Notes: generated by a model from the letters alone, not told the origin. DNA of 64,000 bases from Candidatus Marinacidobacterales bacterium (GCA_965226495.1 OZ245365.1:5984001-6048000); one strand, 5' to 3'. Counted from the stretch's first letter, positions 10,596-19,570 are shown. Numbers and translations are program-made.

Positions 10596-11738
10596 ATGGC
10601 AAAGACGGGAAGTACGGTCCGATTGCTTCTGGTTGGAGCGGGGCACGCCCACATGGAGGTTATTCGACGCCTCGTAGTGAGCTCTGATTCTTGGGCGCAC
10701 GTCACCGTCGTATCCCAATTCGACAAGCACCACTATTCGGGCATGGTGCCGGGGTATCTCCGGGGGAGCTACCGCGAGGAAGACGTCTCTTTCGACCTGC
10801 CACCCCTGATCACCGCGGCCGGGGGTGAGTTCGTCTGCAAGCGAGCGGTCGGTATCGATCCCGCCCGCCGCGTCGTTCGCTTGGAAGGTGGTGGGGAGAT
10901 CGAGTACGACATCGTTTCCTTCAATGTGGGATCCCGGACCATCGCGGGGGATTCCGCCGGCCCGCATGCGGCGCTCGTGAAACCCATGTCCCGAGCGGTC
11001 GACCTTCATCGCCGCATACTCGAGCTCGCCCATCGGGACGGGAGCAAAACACGGCATGCCGCCGTTGTCGGCGGCGGGTCCGCGGGCGTGGAGATAGCCT
11101 TTGCAATATCCGCGGTGCTCGACGACGCTGGTCGCGATCGGGACGTAAAGATCCTCGAGGGTTCGGACGGGATTCTCCGGGGGTACTCGGAGCGCTTTCG
11201 AGAACGCGCCGTAAGTATCCTGAGGCACAAGAAAATCAACGTGCGTACGGGCCGGAGAGTCGTCAAGGTTCATCCGGACACGGTCGAGCTCGAGGACGGT
11301 TCTCGCGACGAGAGTGACCTGACCGTGTGGGTCACCGGACCAGCCGGCCCTGGGATCTTCGAAGGGTCGAAGCTCCAGCTCGACGGTCGCGGGTTCCTTC
11401 TCGTCGACGACTCCCTTCGCTCGTTGAGCGATCCCAATGTGCTTGGCGTCGGCGACTGTGTCACGTTGGCTAACTATCCGGCGACACCGAAGGCGGGGGT
11501 CTATGCGGTAAGAGAGGCCCCGATCCTTTGGGAGAGCCTTCTTTCGGCCGTCGGCCAGGGGGCTCGGCCTCGCTACCGACCCCAAGAAGGTTTTCTTTCT
11601 ATCCTTAATACTGCCGACGGAAAGGCCTTGTTGCGATATAAGTCCTACATCACGCATAGTCTTCCCGCCTGGTGGCTCAAGGATTGGATCGATCGGCGCT
11701 TTGTGGCGAAGTACCAAAGTTTGGTTGGAGCGAAATAG
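10596..11738 (+). CDS. FAD-dependent pyridine nucleotide-disulfide oxidoreductase of the type found N-terminal to SelD (stand-alone)
   Basis: LLLVGAGHAH, YSGMVPG, VVGGGSAGVE, GDC, PKAGVYAVR, WLKDWIDRRF are characteristic of the domain fused to selenophosphate synthetase in many bacteria. Confidence 0.8.
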   Translation: MAKTGSTVRLLLVGAGHAHMEVIRRLVVSSDSWAHVTVVSQFDKHHYSGMVPGYLRGSYREEDVSFDLPPLITAAGGEFVCKRAVGIDPARRVVRLEGGGEIEYDIVSFNVGSRTIAGDSAGPHAALVKPMSRAVDLHRRILELAHRDGSKTRHAAVVGGGSAGVEIAFAISAVLDDAGRDRDVKILEGSDGILRGYSERFRERAVSILRHKKINVRTGRRVVKVHPDTVELEDGSRDESDLTVWVTGPAGPGIFEGSKLQLDGRGFLLVDDSLRSLSDPNVLGVGDCVTLANYPATPKAGVYAVREAPILWESLLSAVGQGARPRYRPQEGFLSILNTADGKALLRYKSYITHSLPAWWLKDWIDRRFVAKYQSLVGAK

Positions 11739-11740
11739 TC

Positions 11741-12439
11741 ATGTATTTTTGCCATTCTGACGAGATGTGGCGAAAGTTTCCGCAGCTCGTTCCTGGGGCG
11801 ATGGTTATTACCGGAGTTCACGCCGATGCCGATGTGAGTCTCGCGCCTTGGTTCGACCGCGCTCGGGAACGCTTGGAGGTCGGCCCGGAGTCCCAGTTGC
11901 CGGAGATCGTCGCTTGGCGCCGCGCCTACGCGCAGATGGGAATGAAGCCCACGCAGTACCTCTCCGCCGCAGAGGCACTTCTGCGTCGCTTCCGGACGGA
12001 GGGCGATTTGCCTCTTCTTCATCCTCTGGTCGATCTTTGTAACGCGGTCTCGCTAGCCTTCGCGCTACCGGTTGCGGTCTTCGATCTCGGGAAGGTGGAT
12101 CGGTATCTCGAGGTGCGCCATTCGAAGGGTGTCGAGCAGTACCTCACCTTCGGCGGCGAGATAGAGACACCTCCTCAGGGTGAGGTGATCTTCGCCGATG
12201 CTTCGAATCAGGCTCATGCTCGCCGGTGGACGTTTCGCCAGAGCAAGAGATCCGCGATGGGCCCGGGGACGACGACGGCGCTCGTTGTTGCCGAGGGATT
12301 GCATGAGACGGCCTTCCGGGATGTTCCCGCACTACTTGATGCGCTTGATGAGGCGGTCACAAAGTCTTGGGCTGCTCCGCACCAGCGGGCCGTTTTGAGC
12401 GTCGAGGGTCCTCGCTTGGAGTTTGCTCTCGATCTCTGA
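11741..12439 (+). CDS. Stand-alone B3/4 (PheRS-beta editing-like) domain protein
   Basis: AWRRAYAQMG.KPTQY.SAAEALLRR, HPLVDLCNAVSL, ARRWTFRQ; ATG 11741 lies 2 nt after the upstream stop. Confidence 0.85.
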   Translation: MYFCHSDEMWRKFPQLVPGAMVITGVHADADVSLAPWFDRARERLEVGPESQLPEIVAWRRAYAQMGMKPTQYLSAAEALLRRFRTEGDLPLLHPLVDLCNAVSLAFALPVAVFDLGKVDRYLEVRHSKGVEQYLTFGGEIETPPQGEVIFADASNQAHARRWTFRQSKRSAMGPGTTTALVVAEGLHETAFRDVPALLDALDEAVTKSWAAPHQRAVLSVEGPRLEFALDL

Positions 12440-12458
12440 TATTTAAAAGGAGGAAACC

Positions 12459-13274
12459 ATGCCGACGGTCCGATTGAGACGCGTGTCCGAGTATCCCGAG
12501 AAGATGCAGAAGCGTTTCGAGTTGGCTAAGGAATGGTTCAACTATGATTTCGAGACGCCACCGGCGATGAGTCTGGTTATGGCGTGGGACCCTGGGTTCG
12601 GCGCTCCCCATGGCCGCGCCATGAAGCGCGCCGCCGAACCGGGAGAGTTCACGCGCGCCGAAAAGGAGATGGTGGCGTCCGTCGTTAGCGGCGTGAACGC
12701 CTGCGAGTATTGAGTGAAGGCGCATACTGCAGCCGGGAAGCTGCAAGGAATGAAAGAAGACGCGCTCTGGTACGAGGCGGCGAACACGGTGGGAATCACG
12801 AACGCGCTGAACGTGGTAACGGATTCTCTGTCTCCGGACGCGAGCACGCACCTTATCGAGCCGGTGGACGAGAGGATCGATGACAAGAGAACGGCCTCGT
12901 GTTTCGCGAATATCCGAGACTTCTATGACAGTGAGAGTGTGCCGCTCCCGTTTCGGATCGCGGCGCATGACCCTGGCTATCTGGGCGATCTTTGGGAGAC
13001 GGTCCGGCACGCATTCAGCGATAGACGGCTCACGAGACGCTTCAAGGAGGCGCTGGCATTCGCAGTGTCGGTCACGACGAGCTCTCGATTCGGCACCGCC
13101 TTTCACCTCGCGGAGATGCGCCGGCTAGGAGTAGGAAACAAAGGGGTCATGGAAGTTTTGGGCATGACCCAGATGTTCTCTAGCTATACGAAGATTGCGG
13201 ATACGCTTCAGCTCGATCCGGACATGGGTGACATCGCGCCTATCGACCCGTCTCCCGTTCCCGATCCGAGCTGA
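12459..13274 (+). CDS. Selenoprotein: two-domain AhpD/carboxymuconolactone decarboxylase-like protein, 271 aa, Sec at TGA 12711-12713
   Basis: Track ORFs 12459-12713 and 12714-13274 are contiguous and in frame. Read-through gives KEMVASVVSGVNAC-E-Y-U-VKAH, the AhpD CxxC-x3-H motif with U as the second residue. RBS AGGAGG before 12459. Confidence 0.88.
12728..12745 (+). promoter_or_regulatory. Candidate bacterial SECIS hairpin for TGA 12711
   Basis: Perfect 6-bp stem TGCAGC/GCTGCA around loop CGGGAA, starting about 20 nt after the UGA, with G early in the loop. Confidence 0.65.
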
Positions 13275-13288
13275 CTCGAGGAGGAATC

Positions 13289-13948
13289 ATGAAGAAGTGG
13301 TTGATTGGAATCGCCATAGTTGCCGGCGTGGCCGCGCTCGCTAGCCAGGGCTACTACTATGCTCTCAAGAAGGCATGGGTCCTCTACAACGAGTACGACA
13401 TCCGCAGCGAGGGTACGCTGCGGGTGGGCGATCTGGCTCCGGACCTGGAGCTCGCGAGTGTGGACGGTGGAACCCAAAAGTTATCCGATCTGTTCAAGCA
13501 AAAACCGCTGGTCCTCATTTTTGGAAGCTACACCTGACCGCCTTTTCGAGCCAGTTTGGCCGAAGTCGAAGAGCTGAGGGAGAAGTTTCGAAGCGACGCC
13601 GAGTTCGCCATCGTTTACATCAAAGAAGCTCATCCTGGGGACGAGTGGCAGCTAGATAGCAACATCGAGGGGGAGATCGTCTATAACCAACCGAACTCTT
13701 TCGAGGCGCGGATGGATCTCGCCAAGACCTTCATCGATAAGATGGAAGTGAAGACACCGACGCTCGTCGACGATATCCAGAATACGGCGATGGCTTGCTA
13801 CGCAGCGTGGCCGGAGAGGCTCTACGTCATCGACACCGATGGCACGATCGACTACAAGGGGGACATGGGACCCTTCGGATTCAAGCCGGAGCAGTTGGAA
13901 GGCTACCTCGAGGAGCGATTCGCGGGAAGGGGCGCGACAGACCGCTAG
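13289..13948 (+). CDS. Selenoprotein: iodothyronine deiodinase-like thioredoxin-fold protein, 219 aa, Sec at TGA 13535-13537
   Basis: ORFs 13289-13537 and 13556-13948 share a frame. Read-through gives PLVLIFGSYT-U-PPFRASL...VYIKEAHPGDEW...YAAWPERLY...GPFGF, matching deiodinase FGSxTUPPF/YIxEAH motifs. N-terminal membrane anchor. Confidence 0.92.
13542..13573 (+). promoter_or_regulatory. Candidate bacterial SECIS hairpin for TGA 13535
   Basis: Upper stem GCCA/TGGC with a G-initiated loop at 13554; lower stem CTTTTCGA/TCGAAGAG (one G-U pair). Confidence 0.6.
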
Positions 13949-14985
13949 TGGCAACTCCCACTCAAACGTTCGATGCCGCGAAGGTCAAAGAACTGGCCCT
14001 CGAGCTGGGGGCCGATCTCGTCGGCATCGCCAGCGCGAAGACGCTCAACGCGTTCCCTCCCGATCCGAAGTATCCGCAGACGCCGGAGCGCGTTTCTCCT
14101 CACTGCAAGAGCGTCGTCGTCGTCGTACAACGGATCCCGGTCGGTGCCTTCCGCTGCAAGTCCAACGTGCCGGTTCAGTACTTGGATATGCTCGTGCTCC
14201 GGAAGATGGACAAGGTCGCTTATCGGTTGGCCGAGCATCTGGAGCGCGCCGGCCATCCGTCCTTCGTGACCGCGGCCCAAGAGACCGACTGGAACTATAA
14301 AAAAGCAAGCTACGGACGGCTGAGCACGCGCCACCTCGGCATCGAAGCGGGGCTCGGCACATTCGGTCTAGAAGTGAACATCTTGACGCCGGAGTACGGG
14401 CCTCGGGTCTATCTCACTGGAGTTCTGACCGAGCTCGAGCTCGAGCCCGACGCACCCATGACTGAGCAGGTGTGTATCGGCGAGTCCTGCAGCCGTTGCC
14501 TCTATAGCTGCCCAACGGATGCCATCGGGCATTTCGACATCGATAAGCGTGAATGCGCGAAGGAGGCGCAAGAGTTTGGTTTCGTCACAATCCTCAAGTA
14601 TTTCGAGCGGTTCGTCGCGGCGCCCCGAGAAGCCAAGGCGGCGATGCTGAAGTCGCGTGACCTCTACGGTTTCTGGCAGGGGTTGCTCCGGGTGGTTGGA
14701 TCCTTCGGGGATTGTCCGAGGTGCCTCGCTGTCTGCCCGGTCGGAGATGACTACTACGCGCATTTGGTCGAGATACAAAAGTTCATTCCCGAGACGACCG
14801 ACGAGAAGATCGCCAAGGCTAAGAAGTTCAAGGCGGCTCGCAAGCGTGGCGATGCCGTCGAGGGGCTCAACGAATGGAACGCCCGATGGGTAGGGCCGGA
14901 AGGTTACCAAGGTCTCGTGGCACGGCACGTCAAGAAATTCCGCGAGAAACAAAAAGAACTCCTCGCGCGGTCTGGGAAGAGATAG
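13948..14985 (+). CDS. QueG / reductive dehalogenase-like cobalamin and 2x[4Fe-4S] protein (paralog 1)
   Basis: GTG 13948 overlaps the upstream TAG (TAGTG). GADLVGIA, HLGIEAGLGTFG, TPEYGPRV, CIGESCSRCLYSCP, CPRCLAVCP. Confidence 0.82.
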   Translation: MATPTQTFDAAKVKELALELGADLVGIASAKTLNAFPPDPKYPQTPERVSPHCKSVVVVVQRIPVGAFRCKSNVPVQYLDMLVLRKMDKVAYRLAEHLERAGHPSFVTAAQETDWNYKKASYGRLSTRHLGIEAGLGTFGLEVNILTPEYGPRVYLTGVLTELELEPDAPMTEQVCIGESCSRCLYSCPTDAIGHFDIDKRECAKEAQEFGFVTILKYFERFVAAPREAKAAMLKSRDLYGFWQGLLRVVGSFGDCPRCLAVCPVGDDYYAHLVEIQKFIPETTDEKIAKAKKFKAARKRGDAVEGLNEWNARWVGPEGYQGLVARHVKKFREKQKELLARSGKR

Positions 14986-14995
14986 TTTCCGCATC

Positions 14996-16012
14996 ATGGC
15001 CGAGATCTACCAAGCACATCTGACTGCCCAGCAGATCAAGGCGAAGGCACGGGAGCTCGGCGCCGACCTAGTCGGAATCGCCGACGGTAAGATGATAGAG
15101 GAACACCCTCCCGAGCCGAGCGATCCGCGGCGACCATCCGATATCACCGACTATGACGGTGAGCGCGTCATCGTTATGGCGAAGAAGTATACGAGTGGCA
15201 CCACCCGTATTCTTCCTTGGAACGACCGTCACAAGTACTACAACGACGAGCTGACGTTGACGCTCTTGGAAGAGGCTTCGCTCGAGCTCGTTTACTGGCT
15301 CGAGGACAACGGCTACCCGTCCATCATCATTCCTCCCACCCACGTCGATCCCTGGCGCTACCAGGACAAACCGGAGGAGCACCAAAAGACGTTACTGTCG
15401 CTAACCCATGCAGCGGTCGAGGCGGGCTTGGGAACCCTCGGTCTAAACTTGCAACTGCTTACGCCCGAGTACGGACCGCGGGTGATCCTCACCGCGGTAC
15501 TGTGCTCCGTGGATTGCGAAGCAGACAGTCGCATCGAAGAAGCGCTCTGCCTCGGGCCCGAGTGCGGGCGGTGTTTGGAAACCTGCCCCGGAGACGTCGT
15601 CCAGCACTGGAATCGCGATTGGGAAGGGTGCGATCGCTACCGATCGCCGCACGGCTTCGCCCAGTTGACCGACCACCTCGTCACCATCCTGGACGAGGCG
15701 GACGTTGCCAAACAGAAGGAGATGGTCCGTTCGGAGGAAAGCTTCAACCTTTGGCAGAGCATTTTGCGAGGGGCCGGTGTCATTACCGGTTGCCGCCGGT
15801 GCCAGGACGTCTGCCCGGTGGGCGAAGACTACGCCGTCCTGGAGGATGCTCTAGAACGGATCCCCGAGAGCACGCCCGAGAAGAAGACACACCTCCTCGA
15901 GATGATGGAGGTCGAAAAAAGGGAAGTCCCCCCTGGCGGCTACCAAGCCCAACGCCGTTGGATCGGGGAGGTTACGTACCGCAAGCCCTGGCCTAAAGCC
16001 TTCGATGTCTGA
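14996..16012 (+). CDS. QueG / reductive dehalogenase-like cobalamin and 2x[4Fe-4S] protein (paralog 2)
   Basis: GADLVGIA, HAAVEAGLGTLG, TPEYGPRV, CLGPECGRCLETCP, GCRRCQDVCP. Confidence 0.82.
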   Translation: MAEIYQAHLTAQQIKAKARELGADLVGIADGKMIEEHPPEPSDPRRPSDITDYDGERVIVMAKKYTSGTTRILPWNDRHKYYNDELTLTLLEEASLELVYWLEDNGYPSIIIPPTHVDPWRYQDKPEEHQKTLLSLTHAAVEAGLGTLGLNLQLLTPEYGPRVILTAVLCSVDCEADSRIEEALCLGPECGRCLETCPGDVVQHWNRDWEGCDRYRSPHGFAQLTDHLVTILDEADVAKQKEMVRSEESFNLWQSILRGAGVITGCRRCQDVCPVGEDYAVLEDALERIPESTPEKKTHLLEMMEVEKREVPPGGYQAQRRWIGEVTYRKPWPKAFDV

Positions 16013-17114
16013 CGCAATCCGCCTGCTTTGTTCGATCGTCGCAGCCTCCCTTCTTTCATCGACTACAACGTCCGCGCAAACCGTGCTCCGAACCCGGAAC
16101 GTCGTTCTGGTTACCGCCGACGGCCTGCGGCACCAGGAGCTCTTCGGTGGACTGGACCGCGCTCTTCTCGAGGGCGAACGAAAGAGTGGAATCGAGGATC
16201 CCGAGGCCCTTTCGGCACGCTTTTGGCGCCACTCAACACGGGACCGTCGCGAACGGTTGATGCCCTTTTTCTGGAAGACCCTTGCACCCCGGGGGATCGT
16301 TCTTGGGAGTCGCGCCGACGGGGCCACGGTCTCGGTGACCAATCCTCATCGCGTCTCCTATCCCTGCTATGCGGAGATACTCACCGGTCAAGTACAGCCA
16401 AAAGTAACCGGCAACATCCCGATCCAGATTCCCCACGAGACGGTGCTCGAGTTCGTCCGACGAGAGCTCGAGCTGGAGACGACCCAAGTCGCAGCCTTCA
16501 CTTCATGGAATCACTTTCCTTATATCGTCGAGCACCAGCCCGGGTCCATCACCGTAAACGCTGGAGGGCCGTTGCCCGAGGGCATGCAAACCGAGGAGAT
16601 CCGTCGCCTTGTATCGCTCGAAAAGAGAACGCTGTCTCCATGGAGCTCGGTGCGGCAGAACGTCTTCACCGAAGGCCTAGCCTTCGCTTACCTCAGGGAG
16701 TTCCAGCCGCGCTTTCTTTTTCTCGCGCTCGATGAGACCGACGAGTGGGCCCACGGGCGGCGCTACGACCGTACCCTCCAGGCGATCCGAAACTTCGATG
16801 AGACGCTTCGGTTGTTATGGACGCTCCTCCAGTCGATGGAGGCTTATCGCGACAAGACGACGTTCGTGATCACGACCGACCATGGACGGGGCCGCACGCC
16901 CGCCGATTGGACGTCACACGGCAAAGACATCCCGGGGGCCGAGGAGATTTGGATCGCGATCATCGGCCCCGATACAACTGCCCAGGGGGTCGTCCCCAAC
17001 CATCCCCCTTTTAAGCAGACCCAGATCGCCGCCACGATTCTCAAGTTCTTCGGGCTGGATCCAGGAAAGTTCAACCCTCGAGCCGGGGAGCCGGTTTCGC
17101 TCGCGTTACCCTGA
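16005..17114 (+). CDS. Secreted alkaline phosphatase-superfamily metalloenzyme (phosphoglyceromutase-like)
   Basis: NVVLVTADGLR, SYPxYxEILTG, ETDEWAH, TTDHGRG; signal peptide; start overlaps the upstream gene. Confidence 0.8.
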   Translation: MSDAIRLLCSIVAASLLSSTTTSAQTVLRTRNVVLVTADGLRHQELFGGLDRALLEGERKSGIEDPEALSARFWRHSTRDRRERLMPFFWKTLAPRGIVLGSRADGATVSVTNPHRVSYPCYAEILTGQVQPKVTGNIPIQIPHETVLEFVRRELELETTQVAAFTSWNHFPYIVEHQPGSITVNAGGPLPEGMQTEEIRRLVSLEKRTLSPWSSVRQNVFTEGLAFAYLREFQPRFLFLALDETDEWAHGRRYDRTLQAIRNFDETLRLLWTLLQSMEAYRDKTTFVITTDHGRGRTPADWTSHGKDIPGAEEIWIAIIGPDTTAQGVVPNHPPFKQTQIAATILKFFGLDPGKFNPRAGEPVSLALP

Positions 17115-17233
17115 GCCTGCCGCTAGATCTCCGAGCGAGGACCGGGTACAGGATTTGATCTACGTCACAGTCATCGCCACCGTTCGCGTGGTAGAACTGA
17201 ACTGCGGGTTTCTCGAACCCGCAGGGGGTTCCA

Positions 17234-17887
17234 ATGATGAGAATCGATCACGCCTCGGTCCTCTTTCAAAACTGGACGTTCTCGAAAGGCCTGAGTGAGG
17301 TCCAAGAAACCTTTACATCGATCGACGAGCTATTCGACCTTTGTGTCGTTAAGGAGATGTCCCCGGAGCGGGTCCTTCTGTCCGGAAAGGATGAGACCGG
17401 TCGCGAACACTTTCTTACGCTACTTTACGGAGTGATGCGCGTCGCTCCAAGCGATTCGAACGGGGAGCAAATCACCGACGATTCGAGTCCACCACCGAAG
17501 GCGGATCCGGCCCAACTCGACGTTCATTCAAAGGGTTCGTTGCACGAACTCGAGCAAGCGGTACTCGGCGCTATGCGCCCCGGTCCAGATTCACCGGCTG
17601 AAGAACCGAGTTACCTAGACGAGATTCGGGAGCTCTGCCACGAACGAGCTTGGGACGCGACGGTGAGACTATCGGATTTGGCCCAATCGCTAAGTAGCCT
17701 GGTCAACGGTATCACTTGGGCGCAAAAGGTCGTTGAGTTCCGCGGGGCGCAAGATGGCGAGGGATCGGAACGTACGGAGTTGGCCACCATGCTCGAGGGC
17801 GGGGTCGGGAGAATAGGACATATGCGGAGCATGCTGGCCGTTTTCGACCGGCAGCTCATTGCTCTGGCTGGTCGTCTCGCGAAATAG
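17234..17887 (+). CDS. Hypothetical protein
   Basis: 217-aa ORF filling the gap; no motif recognised. Confidence 0.5.
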   Translation: MMRIDHASVLFQNWTFSKGLSEVQETFTSIDELFDLCVVKEMSPERVLLSGKDETGREHFLTLLYGVMRVAPSDSNGEQITDDSSPPPKADPAQLDVHSKGSLHELEQAVLGAMRPGPDSPAEEPSYLDEIRELCHERAWDATVRLSDLAQSLSSLVNGITWAQKVVEFRGAQDGEGSERTELATMLEGGVGRIGHMRSMLAVFDRQLIALAGRLAK

Positions 17888-17911
17888 TCTCAAAAACCTT
17901 AGGCAGGACGT

Positions 17912-19549
17912 CTACTCCTCTATTGATTTTCTTTCCGACTCCTTCTGTCGCAGTTCCACACGGCGGATCTTGCCGGTTTGGGTGCGAGGAAGCTCGGATA
18001 CAAACTCGACTTCGCGCGGATATTTGTATGGCGCGAGCTGCTCTCGCACATGCTTTTGGAGCTCCTCGGTGAGCTCGGCACCAGCGTCGAAGCTCTTGTT
18101 CAGGACGACGAAGGCTTTCACGATGTGCCCGCGAAGCTCGTCCGGCGAAGCGACGACCGCCGTTTCCGCTACCGCCGCGTGTTCCATTAGAACGTTCTCC
18201 ACCTCCGGGCCGGCGACGTTGTAGCCGGAAGTGATAATTAGATCGTCGCCGCGACATTGGTAGTGGAAGTAACCTTCTGAGTCGCGCGTGTAGATGTCCC
18301 CGGGTAGGTTCCAACCTTCCCGGACGTATCGCTTCTGACGCTCCGGCTTGCCCCAGTACTTGCAACCGGTGGGTCCGGAAACGGCGAGCATCCCCGGTTT
18401 TCCGTCGGGAAGATCCTGCATTTTTTCGTCCACCACTCTTGCCTGATAACCCGGAACGACTTCGCCCGTTGATCCGGCTCGTGCGCGACCCGGCTGAGAG
18501 GAAATGAAGATGTGGAACAATTCGGTGCTCCCGATCCCGTCGAGGAGCTCCATGTCGAACATCTCTTTCCACTGCTCGAACGTCACCGCAGGGAGAGTCT
18601 CCCCAGCACTCACCGGCGCCCGAAGGCTCGAGAGATCGAACCGTTGTTTTACGTTCTCGACCTGCATCATGAGTTTGTAGGAAGTCGGCGCGCAGAACGC
18701 GCCGGTCGCGCGGTATCGAGTGATGGTATCCAACATCGTTTCTGGAGTGAACCGCTCGATGAGACATGTCGCGGCCCCGAATCGGAGCGGATAGACCAAC
18801 AACCCGCCTAGTCCGAAGGTGAAGGCGAGAGGCGGATGACCGGTGAAAATATCTCCCGGCTCCGGGGCGAGGACTTTCTTGGCATAGGTGTCCGCGGAGG
18901 CGAGTACGTCGCTCGGGAAGTGGACGCAGCCTTTGGGAACACCGGTGCTGCCCGATGTGTAGGCGATGAGCGCCGGCTCGTCCCGGCCGATCTCCACCGA
19001 GGGCACCGGTTCGTACGCGGCGAGCTCCTCGAAGGTCGGTGAGCCTGGTGAGCCTGACGTAGAGTCTCCCGACACAACAATCTTCTCGATGGTGTCGAGC
19101 TGTGGTCGCGCTTTCTCCATCTCTTCGTAGAGGTCTGAAGAGACCAAGGCGACTTTTACTCGAGAGTCGTTTGAAACGTATTCCAACTCCCGCGCGCGAA
19201 GCAGTGGCATGGTCGCTAGCACGACCGCGCCCAACTTCTGAAGGGCGAACCAGGCGACGACGAATTCGGGACGATTGGGGAAGCGAAGCAAAACTCGATC
19301 GGTCGGCTCGACGCCTATGCTACGAAGCCCCCCCGCGAGCCGACTCGCCCTCTCGTCGAGCTCCCGGTAGCTGATGATCTCGTCCCGGTAGTAGATCGCA
19401 GGCATTTCGGCGAGCCCGGAATCCATCGCACGGCGCAGAAGCTCGTCGGCGAGGTTGAGTCGTGAAGGAATTTCGACAGTGACCCCATGCGCCCGGCGTG
19501 GCGGCATGAGATCCGCCGCGGGAAGGTAATCGGTTAGGTCGAAGGCCAA
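17912..19549 (-). CDS. Aryl-CoA ligase (2-aminobenzoate/benzoate-CoA ligase-like)
   Basis: YTSGSTGVPKG, PPLAFTFGLGG, SAGETLP, DGIGSTE, GPTGCKY, LPRTQTGKI. Confidence 0.85.
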   Translation of the reverse strand: MAFDLTDYLPAADLMPPRRAHGVTVEIPSRLNLADELLRRAMDSGLAEMPAIYYRDEIISYRELDERASRLAGGLRSIGVEPTDRVLLRFPNRPEFVVAWFALQKLGAVVLATMPLLRARELEYVSNDSRVKVALVSSDLYEEMEKARPQLDTIEKIVVSGDSTSGSPGSPTFEELAAYEPVPSVEIGRDEPALIAYTSGSTGVPKGCVHFPSDVLASADTYAKKVLAPEPGDIFTGHPPLAFTFGLGGLLVYPLRFGAATCLIERFTPETMLDTITRYRATGAFCAPTSYKLMMQVENVKQRFDLSSLRAPVSAGETLPAVTFEQWKEMFDMELLDGIGSTELFHIFISSQPGRARAGSTGEVVPGYQARVVDEKMQDLPDGKPGMLAVSGPTGCKYWGKPERQKRYVREGWNLPGDIYTRDSEGYFHYQCRGDDLIITSGYNVAGPEVENVLMEHAAVAETAVVASPDELRGHIVKAFVVLNKSFDAGAELTEELQKHVREQLAPYKYPREVEFVSELPRTQTGKIRRVELRQKESERKSIEE

Positions 19550-19570
19550 AGGTTAGGTGGCCCCCCGTTG

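Noticed and set aside
10422-11717. 431-aa minus-strand ORF (and similar long antisense ORFs at 27174-28292, 54166-55371, 57099-57959)
   Set aside because: Shadow ORFs opposite well-supported genes in GC-rich DNA; no recognisable motifs.
12714-13274. Independent 186-aa gene starting at GTG 12714
   Set aside because: No RBS, and it directly follows an in-frame TGA inside a catalytic motif; better explained as Sec read-through.
13795-13947. N-terminal extension of the first QueG-like ORF
   Set aside because: Overlaps the deiodinase-like gene; family similarity starts at GTG 13948.
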